From: an uncultured Anaerolineales bacterium
GTDB taxonomy: Bacteria; Planctomycetota; Phycisphaerae; FEN-1346
Assembly (NCBI GenBank): GCA_964437855.1
Contig: CAYTJE010000002.1
Span: 1 to 50,727 of the forward strand
DNA length: 50,727 nt
Direction of reading: 5' to 3'
Positions 1-8,148 of this stretch are shown piece after piece (positions within the stretch are counted from its first letter, which is position 1; each line of letters starts with the position of its first letter). A model generated the notes under the pieces. The model was not told where the DNA came from, did no database searches, and was given only the letters and a program-made list of their open reading frames with translations. The translations under genes were made by a program, and so were the position numbers.

Positions 1-4
1 GCGC

Positions 5-41
5 GGGCCGGCGAACCCGGCGCACGGGCCGGCGAACCCGG
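5..41. repeat. Direct repeat GGGCCGGCGAACCCGG x2 (period 21 bp) downstream of pgk, at the window edge
   Basis: Identical 16-mers at 5-20 and 26-41, each containing a short CCGG/CCGG stem. The element may be truncated by the window edge. Confidence 0.4.
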
Positions 42-100
42 TGCGCGGGCCGGCGCGGCTGCTGCGGTGATTGACCCGCCACCCAGGACCGACCATTCCA

Positions 101-1324
101 TCAGGCCTCGTCGAGGATCTCGATCGTCTCGAAGGGCTTGCCTTCGAGGAACTTCAGGCTGGCCCCACCGCCTGTCGAGATATGGGTCATCTGCTCGGCC
201 AGACCGAACTTCTCAACCGCGGCGGCGGTATCGCCGCCGCCCACGATGGCGATTCCCACCTCATCAACCTGGGCCATCGCTTCGCACACAACCCGGGTGC
301 CCTCGGCAAAGGGGGTGACCTCAAACATGCCCATCGGCCCGTTCCAGACGACGGTCCGGGCGTCGGCGATTTTCTCGCGGTAGACCGCGACGGTCTCCGG
401 GCCGATGTCGAGGCCGATCCAGCCGTCCTCGATCTCGGGGCTCTGAACGTCGGTCTCGGCATCGGCCGTGGGCTCCCGGGCGACCAGATGGTCTTCGGGG
501 AACAGGACCTCGGCCTGGCTGGCATCGATCGTCTCAAGGAGCCGCTTGGCCACGGCGACCATGTCGGTGGCCTTGCCCTTCTTTCGGACCTCGCGCTCGA
601 CCTTCGAGTTGCCGACCTTCTGGCCGCGCGCCACCATGAAGACGTAGGCCATGGCCCCGCCGACAAGGAGGCGGTCGACCTTGCCGATAAGGTTCTCGAT
701 GACGCCGATCTTGTCGGAGACCTTCGCCCCGCCCAGGACGGCGACGAACGGCCGCTCGGGCGTCTGGAGCGCGTCGCCCAGAAACGTCAGTTCCTTCTCC
801 ATCAGGAAACCGATGGCCCGGGTGCCCTCGGGCATCTGCGCCGGCACCCCGTAGGTGGACGCGTGCTTGCGGTGGGCGGTGCCGAACGCATCGTTCACGT
901 AGAGGTCGGCCAGCGAGGCCAGGGCCCTGGCGAAGTCGGGGTCGCCCTCCTCCTCGCCGGCGTGGAACCGCAGATTCTCCAGGACCAGGACGTCGCCGTC
1001 GGCCATCTGGTCCACCATCCTGCGAACCTCGTCGCCGACGCAGTCGGGCGCCATGGCGACCTCGACGCCCAGCACCTCGCCGAGCCGGTCGGCCGCCGGC
1101 TTCAGGCTGAGGCCGGCGTCGGCCTTGCCCTTGGGCCGGCCCAGGTGGCTCATCAGGATGACCTTGGCACCGGCGTCGCGGGCACACTTGATGGTGGGCA
1201 GGGCCATGCGGATGCGCCGGTCGTCCGTCACGTTCAGGTCCTCGTCGAGCGGGACGTTAAAGTCGACCCGCATCAGGACACGCCGGCCGGCCATCTCCAG
1301 GGCATCGAGGGTTTTCTTGGCCAC
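101..1324 (-). CDS. pgk: Phosphoglycerate kinase
   Basis: 407-aa ORF. Shows RVDFNVPL near the N-terminus, SHLGRPKG and [13 protein letters not shown], all typical of the PGK family. Sits directly downstream of gap. Confidence 0.95.
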   Translation of the reverse strand: MAKKTLDALEMAGRRVLMRVDFNVPLDEDLNVTDDRRIRMALPTIKCARDAGAKVILMSHLGRPKGKADAGLSLKPAADRLGEVLGVEVAMAPDCVGDEVRRMVDQMADGDVLVLENLRFHAGEEEGDPDFARALASLADLYVNDAFGTAHRKHASTYGVPAQMPEGTRAIGFLMEKELTFLGDALQTPERPFVAVLGGAKVSDKIGVIENLIGKVDRLLVGGAMAYVFMVARGQKVGNSKVEREVRKKGKATDMVAVAKRLLETIDASQAEVLFPEDHLVAREPTADAETDVQSPEIEDGWIGLDIGPETVAVYREKIADARTVVWNGPMGMFEVTPFAEGTRVVCEAMAQVDEVGIAIVGGGDTAAAVEKFGLAEQMTHISTGGGASLKFLEGKPFETIEILDEA

Positions 1325-1403
1325 GGCACACCTCCTCTGTGTCGGCGGACAAGGGTCGGGGGCGGACCGGCGACCCGCCCCCGCGCGGGCGCTGCGATGT
1401 GTG

Positions 1404-2411
1404 CTACACGGCCGCCAGTTGCTTGGCCAGGTCGGCCATCCGGTGCGAGAAGCCCCACTCGTTATCGTACCACGAGGTCACCTTCACGAGCGTGCCGTCG
1501 TCAATGACCATCGTCCCGGTGGCGTCGAACAGGCTGGAGATGGTGGTTCCGATAACGTCGCTGGAGACGATCGGGTCCTCGGTGTAGGCCAGGATGCCCT
1601 TCAAGTCGCCGTCGGCGGCCTGCTTCATGGCCTGGTTGATCTCGTCGGCGGTGGCGGGTTTGGCGAGGTTGGCGGTCAGGTCCACGATACTGCCTACGGG
1701 CGTCGGCACCCGCAAGGCCATGCCGTTGAGTTTCCCGTCCAGTTCGGGGATGACCTTGCCGACCGCCTTGGCCGCCCCCGTCGTGGTGGGGATGATGTTG
1801 ATGGCGGCGGCGCGCGAGCGGTGAGCGTCCTTGTGGATCTGGTCGAGGATCTTCTGGTCGTTCGTATAGGCGTGGCAGGTGGTCATCAGGCCCCGCGTGA
1901 GCCCGAACGAGTCGTTCAGCACCTTCGCGACGGGGGCGAGGCAGTTGGTGGTGCACGAGGCGTTGGAGACGATCTTGTGCTCGGGCTCGAGGGCGTCATC
2001 GTTAACGCCGAGGACGATGGTGGCGTCGATCTCGCCCTTCGGGGGGGCCGAGAGGACCACCTTCCTCGCCCCGGCCGTCAGGTGCTTCGCACAGCCCTCG
2101 CGGGTCCGGAAGATGCCGGTGCACTCCAGGGCCACGTCCACGCCGCGCGCCTCCCACGGCAGGCTGGCGGGGTCTTTCTCAGACGTGACGGGGATGGCCA
2201 CGCCGTCGACCACGATGTTGCCATCGTCGGCCGACACCTCGCCGGGAAAGCGGCGATACAGGCTGTCGTATTTCAGGAGATAGGCGAGCATCTCGGCGTC
2301 GGCCAGGTCGTTGAGGCCGACGATGGTGAACTCGTCCCGTCGCTCCCACATGGCCCGGAAGACGATGCGGCCGATGCGTCCGAAGCCGTTGATGCCAATG
2401 TTGATAGCCAT
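1404..2411 (-). CDS. gap: Glyceraldehyde-3-phosphate dehydrogenase (type I)
   Basis: 335-aa ORF. Has the [12 protein letters not shown]-binding motif, the [10 protein letters not shown] catalytic Cys motif and a [10 protein letters not shown]-terminal motif. RBS AAGGAGCGGAGTGG precedes the ATG. Confidence 0.95.
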   Translation of the reverse strand: MAINIGINGFGRIGRIVFRAMWERRDEFTIVGLNDLADAEMLAYLLKYDSLYRRFPGEVSADDGNIVVDGVAIPVTSEKDPASLPWEARGVDVALECTGIFRTREGCAKHLTAGARKVVLSAPPKGEIDATIVLGVNDDALEPEHKIVSNASCTTNCLAPVAKVLNDSFGLTRGLMTTCHAYTNDQKILDQIHKDAHRSRAAAINIIPTTTGAAKAVGKVIPELDGKLNGMALRVPTPVGSIVDLTANLAKPATADEINQAMKQAADGDLKGILAYTEDPIVSSDVIGTTISSLFDATGTMVIDDGTLVKVTSWYDNEWGFSHRMADLAKQLAAV

Positions 2412-2511
2412 CCACTCCGCTCCTTACCTGGGAATGCCCGTGGAACCAAAGCCGCCCGGCTGGGCGCAGCCCTGTGACCCTCGCATGCCGTAGGGTCTTC
2501 GGCAGGGCGTG

Positions 2512-2542
2512 TTTATAGGCGGGGGCGAGGCCGTCTGTCAAG
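2512..2542 (-). promoter_or_regulatory. Candidate sigma-70 promoter for gap-pgk (TTGACA-N19-TATAAA)
   Basis: Read on the minus strand: perfect TTGACA (2542..2537), then TATAAA (2517..2512) after a long 19-nt spacer. Lies about 100 nt upstream of the gap ATG. Confidence 0.3.
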
Positions 2543-2913
2543 CCCTTTTCGTCGTCGGGTTGGGACGTGTGCCGGACATCGTCCCCCCTGCGCGGCCGCT
2601 GGCAGGGGGGAATGTATCGTCGCGTTCGCTGCGGCAGGGAAGGCGTGATCTACGGCGGCAGGCCCGACGACGGCCGCGAAGGCTGCCAGGAACGGTCCCG
2701 CCACAGGGGACACCTGGGTTTCAGGACGATCCGGACCCTTTCCGGAAGCATAGGGGCCCACCGGGACCGCCGGCGCCGGGCCGCGATACCAAGTGTGGCC
2801 GTTTTCTCCGGCGGCTGCGCCGCAGCGCCGGCGTAGAAACCCCGCCGCCGCGATGTTCGAATCTCGCCGGTAATCGTTGTTGCGTCGGACCCGCCCTCGG
2901 CCGGGTATAACCG

Positions 2914-2942
2914 TTGCTGACCCGGGAACCCTACGCTATAAT
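2914..2942 (+). promoter_or_regulatory. Candidate sigma-70 promoter for the pseudopilin operon (TTGCTG-N17-TATAAT)
   Basis: TTGCTG at 2914-2919, a 17-nt spacer, consensus TATAAT at 2937-2942. RBS GAAGGGGA follows at 2958-2965 and the GTG start at 2972. Confidence 0.45.
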
Positions 2943-2971
2943 GCCAATGGATCGGATGAAGGGGACCTACC

Positions 2972-3829
2972 GTGAACCGTCTGCGCCACATACACGCCGG
3001 ATTCAGCCTGACCGAGGTCCTGATGGCTGTGGGGGTCCTCGGCGTCGGGATGACCATGGTGGCCTCGGTCTTCCCGGTGGCGGTGGACCAGAGCCGGCAG
3101 AGCCGCGAGGACACCATGGCGGCCCTCAGCGCCCGGAGCGTGGCGGCGGTCATGCGGGCCTATCGCCCGAGCATCCTCGATTATTGCCGGGACAATGCGA
3201 ATCCGAACCACTGCCGCAAGGGTACGAACGTCGTTGACTATTACGACGAGAGAAACAAGGGGCTCCCGGATATCCTCCGGTGCTACAACCCGTACTCCTT
3301 CTTGTACGACAGGAGCGAGAACCCCGGCAAAAGTAACGCCAAGAAGGTTCGCCAGTACGCCCCCACGAACGATGAGGGATACGGCATGTGGAGCGTCGGC
3401 AGTTACGTGCCGGCCGTCTTCGCCACTCCCATGAAGGCGCCCGACCAGAGCGGCGGGACGACGCGCAACGGGGCCTGGCGAATCGTTATCGCCATCTTCA
3501 AGTCCAGGGGAGAGGAACCCAAGTGTGTCACCCAGGCCCTTGCGAACAATCCCAAGTCGTACAAGCAGGCCGGTGGAAAGGTGGGCGGCTACATCCTGGA
3601 CTGGGATACCGACAACACAACCAACTACCGGGGCCACGCCTACCAGATCGAAAAAATCGATGAGCAGAAGGTGTTCCCGGCAGGCGCGGCACCGGCCAGC
3701 ACGGGGAGCACCGTCCGGGAGGTCATCATTGCCGATCGCGTTATCAAGGTCTCGGGCAACGACTCCACCCGCGACTGGCTGAGCCTGCCCGAGGCCGTGG
3801 CCGTCTATCACACGATCCTGGGAGACTGA
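2972..3829 (+). CDS. Prepilin-type N-terminal cleavage/methylation domain protein (pseudopilin, type II secretion / type IV filament family)
   Basis: 285-aa ORF with a GTG start. N-terminus HAG|FSLTEVLMAVGVLGVGMTMV matches the class III signal: G-F cleavage site, Glu at +5 and a hydrophobic helix. Confidence 0.8.
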   Translation: MNRLRHIHAGFSLTEVLMAVGVLGVGMTMVASVFPVAVDQSRQSREDTMAALSARSVAAVMRAYRPSILDYCRDNANPNHCRKGTNVVDYYDERNKGLPDILRCYNPYSFLYDRSENPGKSNAKKVRQYAPTNDEGYGMWSVGSYVPAVFATPMKAPDQSGGTTRNGAWRIVIAIFKSRGEEPKCVTQALANNPKSYKQAGGKVGGYILDWDTDNTTNYRGHAYQIEKIDEQKVFPAGAAPASTGSTVREVIIADRVIKVSGNDSTRDWLSLPEAVAVYHTILGD

Positions 3830-3834
3830 TTCCG

Positions 3835-4842
3835 ATGAGACCATCCGCCCCCCGACGCCCGCCGAAAGGCTTTACGCTCGTCGAACTGATCACGGCGGCG
3901 AGCCTCATGACGATCATGATGGTCGGCGTGGTGGAGGTGTTCGGCATCATCACGCAGACCGCCGGCGAAGCCGAGGGCATCCACTTCGCCCAGCAGCAGA
4001 TGCGGGCCTTCTTCGACCTCCTCCACAACGACCTCCGCGCCATGACCCGCGAAGGGTACCTCGCCATTCAGAAGGGAACCGTCACCACCGACCACGACCT
4101 CCACGATCTCAACGTGACCCCGGACTACCGCTACGAAACCGGCCCCGTCTCCAACACGGCTTCCGGCACCGGCGGCGTCGACGATCCCAGGGAGTACGCC
4201 TGCGACCTGCTCGCCTTTGTCCGCGTCGGCCCGTGCCGGAGCCAGATGCGAAACCCGCCCGAGGAGGCCTCCTGCGCCGAGGTCGTCTACACCAACAACG
4301 TCGAAACCCCCGAGCGCATCCTGCAGGTGCACCACACCGACGGCGACCGGGACCTGGACCCCCGCCGGGGCATCCTGGGCCGCGGCCTCTGGCTTCTCGA
4401 CGGCGACACCGGCGACGAGGACGATTCGACCTATACCTTCCTGTGCAGACTGTTCGGGGCGACCGCCTCGCCCTCGCCCCCGACCCAGACCGAGACCCTG
4501 TGGGTCGAGCCGGTACTCCAGGGCGAGAACATCGCGAGTTGGTCCGACCAGCAGGATATCAACTCCCTGAACCGCGTCATGGCCTCCTGCGTCAGCGAGT
4601 TTTACGTCGAGGTCTTCGACCCCGGCAAGACGGGCTCCAAAACCAATTACTGGCCCGAGGTCGACAAGACCTACCGGTGGTCCACCGAATTCGAGAACGC
4701 CGACACCATCAAGACGTGGCCCCAGGCCATTCGCGTGACCGTGGCCGTCCACGACCCCGGCGACCGCGCTCGTCTGCCGGGCGACCGGAACCGGTACCGG
4801 GGCGTCGTGATGCAGGAGGTGTTCTGGGTCGGCGACCCGTAA
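3835..4842 (+). CDS. Prepilin-type N-terminal cleavage/methylation domain protein (second pseudopilin)
   Basis: 335-aa ORF. PKG|FTLVELITAASLMTIMMVGVV is a class III signal. Starts 5 nt after the previous gene. Confidence 0.8.
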   Translation: MRPSAPRRPPKGFTLVELITAASLMTIMMVGVVEVFGIITQTAGEAEGIHFAQQQMRAFFDLLHNDLRAMTREGYLAIQKGTVTTDHDLHDLNVTPDYRYETGPVSNTASGTGGVDDPREYACDLLAFVRVGPCRSQMRNPPEEASCAEVVYTNNVETPERILQVHHTDGDRDLDPRRGILGRGLWLLDGDTGDEDDSTYTFLCRLFGATASPSPPTQTETLWVEPVLQGENIASWSDQQDINSLNRVMASCVSEFYVEVFDPGKTGSKTNYWPEVDKTYRWSTEFENADTIKTWPQAIRVTVAVHDPGDRARLPGDRNRYRGVVMQEVFWVGDP

Positions 4843-5003
4843 TGCCGCCGCCCGACCGTGCGCCCTCGTGCCACGACCGCACGGGCCGGTAACCGAGTCG
4901 CAACCATAAGGAAACCGAGCCGCGACCGCCTGCCCGCCGTCGCCGTGGCGAAGGCGGGGGCGGGAGCAGACAGATGAACCCGTACCTGCGGGAAGGATAC
5001 CCC

Positions 5004-7949
5004 ATGAAGCCATCCGGGTCGGTCCTGATCGTGGTCCTGGGGCTGCTGGCCATTCTGGCCCTCATCGGGATCACCTTCATCACGATGAGCAACCTGGACC
5101 GGCGAACCGCCACCAACTTCGCCCTCCAGAGCCAGTTCATGCTCGCCGCCGACGGCGCCGTCGATTACGTCTGCCACCACCTCGTCCAGGACGCCTGGGC
5201 CTACGACCCCCAGAGCCACTCCTACAAGGACCAACTCCTCAACGACTACAACCCGAACCGGGACAACGGCCTCCTGCGCAACGAGCCCTTCGATTACCCC
5301 CACGACGACTACGACCCCTGGCTCTCCACCTCCCCCGACACCCAAAGCGGGGGATCTCAGTCCCTCCCCTTGCCCCCCCACTTCTCCTACGCCCACCTCA
5401 CACCCGAGGCCTACAACTTCAGCGGCACGCGAGGGCCCTTCGGACTCCGCGACTGGGGAGAGAGTACCGAGACGGACTGCCGGCCCAACAACCTCGGCTT
5501 CCCCACCTTCGAGGACAACCGCGTCAAGGTCAAGGTCTACACCCAGAGCGGCCAGCCCGGTCACGGCGTCTGGAATCCCGAACTCTCCTTCCCGTGTGAG
5601 ACGGGCCTCGTGCGCGTCAGCGTCACGGTCATCGACCACGCCTCCATGGTCAACCTGAACGCCCACGGCAACACGGCCCAGTCGCGGCACGGCTATTATG
5701 TCAGCGACTTCGACCCCTCCGCCCTCCCCGGCCTCTCCACCGGCGGGTTGGCCACGGCCCTGGCCGGCGGCGGCACCACCACTGACCCCCTCTACGGGTC
5801 GGACGGCATACCGGGCAACCCCGTCCAGATGGCCGCCGTCATCGAGAACCCCGAGGACTACCACGACCGGCCGTTCACCCTGGACGAGGAGGTCGAACTC
5901 CGCCGACTCACCGGCACGTTCTTCCGGAGCCGGCTCGAAACCTGCTTCACCGACATCGAGTCCGACCCCGAGGACACCCAGGTCGAGATCAAGGCCCGCC
6001 GCAGGCTCAGCCTCACGACCGTCGGGTGGACCAGCCAGGTCCGGCCGAACCGGACGAACGGAAGCCAGGCCAGCCCACGGTTCAACAACGAGGGCGAAGG
6101 CTACAGGTGGCGCAAAGTCGACCTCAACCGCGACAAACCCGCCGACATCAAGGACGCCGTCCAGCACGCCAATATCTTCCAGGACAGCAACAACGTCGCC
6201 AGGCAGTTCGCCGCCAATATCTGCGGATTCCGAAACGGCGAGGAGGGCAACGCCGTCAAGGAATACGACGGCACCCTGGGCGCCTCCCGACAGCCCCTCT
6301 TCAGCAAAGTCAAGGCCACGGTCCAGAACACCACCAACAACCAGAACGAACCCATCTCCAGGTGGACCGTCGAGGTCCAGGTCATCAGCCCATGGGACGG
6401 AGACCACCCGGGCGACACCGGCGGACTGGGCACCGACGGCATTTCCCTCAACGCCCAGGGCGCCAACTTCGACGACTCCCTGCCCGACCCCATGCCCGGA
6501 CCCGGCGAAGCAAACCAGTTCAGCACCTCCTGCACCGTCGAGGTCCCCCAGGGCGAGCACTTCACGGAGGAACTTGAGGAAATCACCCTCGAGTGCAAGG
6601 GCAAGGTCATCGACAAAATCGAGGATAACGAAATGGGCGGCATCGAGGACGGCAAAGGCATCCACCGCCCCATCCACTACGAGGACGAAGAGCGGTACTC
6701 AGGCGACTCTCACCCGGTCCGCGTCGTCTATATCGGCGACTGGACGGGCGGGTTCGGCAACTCCATGACCGAGTGGTCGAACCCCCAGAACGCCGAGGGC
6801 ACCAGCAACATCCCCATCCGCTTCCCACGGTCGGTGGGGGAGGACGCGCTCAACTCCGCCTCCGGCCCCGCGCACGGCCTCTCCGACCCCACGCGCCTGG
6901 CCCGCCGGACCGACGATGCCGACGACCTGCAACTGACGATTCTGGCGGCCGCGCCGCCCCCCCCGCCGCCGCCTCCACCTCCCGGCGGGGGCGACGGCCC
7001 CGAAGGCGGCCTTCCACCCCACTGGCGGTCCGGCATCAGCGAGAACTACGGCTACCGCGCCTTTGCCCGCCTCGGCGACCTCAACCAGGTCCTCTGCCCG
7101 GAAAAGGGCCAGGACTTCTGGCCATGGGTCCCGCGCGTCGCCAAGGCCGGCCCCGGCGACGAAGACGAAATCAAGTTCTGTTGGCGAGACGACTCGACCC
7201 TGCAACACTACGGCGACACCAACCGCATGAACGCCGCCAACATCTTCTGCGTCGGCGGCCCCTGGAACGACGTGTTGGACAACGACGGCGACGGCGCCGC
7301 CGACGCCGACTCCGACTCGCCCGACCGCGGCATCCTCCAGTCCTCCGCCGGCGCCGTCGGCGGCCCCACCCGCCTGGCCGGCCGGGCCAACGATGCCGCC
7401 GTTGCCGACGACCTGCAACTGACGATCTTGGCTTTCCAGCCACAGCCACCCCCCACCGGGGGCGGCGGACGCTTCGGCGGGCCCGAAATCCGCGTCGCCG
7501 GACAGATCAACGTCAACACCGCCACCCGCGACACCCTCCAGGCCCTTGGAACGGCCTTCGGCATCGGCAACCTCGACGGCGCCGTCCTCGCCCTGCGCCA
7601 GAACGGGCCCATCCTCTCCCCCGCCCAGATCGCGCGCCAGAACCTTTCCACCTCCGGCGGCAATCCGAAGGGCGATCCCACCGAGGGCGTCGAGGCCAAC
7701 GAAATGGCCTACACCCTCCTCTCCAACATCCTGACCGTCCGCAGCGACACCTTCTCGGTCTACGGGACCGTTCAGTACGGCCACGTGGCGAGCAACACGT
7801 TTCCGTACAAGTTCAACGTGGTCCGCAGCCGGCGATTCTGGGCCCTGGTGGACCGTAGCCCGTCGCTGGCGTTCTGTCCGCACGATAACGAGAAGCCGAA
7901 CAAGGAATTCATCCACCCCCGGGTCCTGAACTTCCAGTGGCTCGACTGA
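5004..7949 (+). CDS. GspK-like minor pseudopilin (large, with an internal duplication and a poly-Pro tract)
   Basis: N-terminal SGSVLIVVLGLLAILALIG hydrophobic helix without Glu+5, as in GspK. Has a DNDGDGAADADSD acidic Ca-binding-like loop and a C-terminal GQINVNTATRDTLQAL helix-hairpin-helix-like motif typical of GspK. I prefer the ATG at 5004 (RBS GAAGGA 7 nt upstream) over the ORF-track start at 4974. Confidence 0.7.
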   Translation: MKPSGSVLIVVLGLLAILALIGITFITMSNLDRRTATNFALQSQFMLAADGAVDYVCHHLVQDAWAYDPQSHSYKDQLLNDYNPNRDNGLLRNEPFDYPHDDYDPWLSTSPDTQSGGSQSLPLPPHFSYAHLTPEAYNFSGTRGPFGLRDWGESTETDCRPNNLGFPTFEDNRVKVKVYTQSGQPGHGVWNPELSFPCETGLVRVSVTVIDHASMVNLNAHGNTAQSRHGYYVSDFDPSALPGLSTGGLATALAGGGTTTDPLYGSDGIPGNPVQMAAVIENPEDYHDRPFTLDEEVELRRLTGTFFRSRLETCFTDIESDPEDTQVEIKARRRLSLTTVGWTSQVRPNRTNGSQASPRFNNEGEGYRWRKVDLNRDKPADIKDAVQHANIFQDSNNVARQFAANICGFRNGEEGNAVKEYDGTLGASRQPLFSKVKATVQNTTNNQNEPISRWTVEVQVISPWDGDHPGDTGGLGTDGISLNAQGANFDDSLPDPMPGPGEANQFSTSCTVEVPQGEHFTEELEEITLECKGKVIDKIEDNEMGGIEDGKGIHRPIHYEDEERYSGDSHPVRVVYIGDWTGGFGNSMTEWSNPQNAEGTSNIPIRFPRSVGEDALNSASGPAHGLSDPTRLARRTDDADDLQLTILAAAPPPPPPPPPPGGGDGPEGGLPPHWRSGISENYGYRAFARLGDLNQVLCPEKGQDFWPWVPRVAKAGPGDEDEIKFCWRDDSTLQHYGDTNRMNAANIFCVGGPWNDVLDNDGDGAADADSDSPDRGILQSSAGAVGGPTRLAGRANDAAVADDLQLTILAFQPQPPPTGGGGRFGGPEIRVAGQINVNTATRDTLQALGTAFGIGNLDGAVLALRQNGPILSPAQIARQNLSTSGGNPKGDPTEGVEANEMAYTLLSNILTVRSDTFSVYGTVQYGHVASNTFPYKFNVVRSRRFWALVDRSPSLAFCPHDNEKPNKEFIHPRVLNFQWLD

Positions 7950-8042
7950 CGGGGCTTGCGTGAGGGCGATCCACTCCGCGTTTGTCATTCTGAGGAGTCC
8001 GTACGGCCGACGAAGAATCCCGCCGTGGCCTTTGTCGTTTGC

Positions 8043-8072
8043 CGCGCGGCGGGGCTCCCGCCCCACCGCGCG
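8043..8072. repeat. REP-like GC-rich palindrome (GCGCGGCGGGG..CCCCACCGCGC)
   Basis: Inverted arms are visible in the intergenic gap after the GspK-like gene. Belongs to the family seen throughout the window. Confidence 0.6.
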
Positions 8073-8112
8073 GCAAGTCCGCACCCGCCGCGCCACCAGG
8101 GGCGCATAACGT

Positions 8113-8141
8113 TTGTCGCCCCCGCCCCGCCCTTCTATAAT
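8113..8141 (+). promoter_or_regulatory. Candidate sigma-70 promoter giving a leaderless or near-leaderless transcript (TTGTCG-N17-TATAAT-N7-ATG)
   Basis: TTGTCG at 8113-8118, consensus TATAAT at 8136-8141, ATG at 8149 only 7 nt after the -10. No RBS fits in between. Confidence 0.4.
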
Positions 8142-8148
8142 CGCCGGC

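Noticed and set aside
71-1507. Long antisense or alternative-frame ORFs rich in Arg/Ala/Gly/Pro (e.g. 71..1507 +, 4671..6677 -, 6699..8540 -, 7909..10248 -, 11538..13265 +, 16145..17725 -, 20886..22313 +, 23822..26017 +, 38079..39569 -)
   Set aside because: Each fully overlaps a gene with clear family motifs on the other strand or frame. Their composition is low-complexity and typical of GC-driven shadow ORFs. None shows any recognisable motif.
2855-2863. GTTCGAATC, resembling a tRNA T-loop, in the gap-pilin intergenic region
   Set aside because: The flanking bases cannot form a 5-bp T-stem (GATG / CTCG mispair). No acceptor or anticodon arm can be drawn around it.
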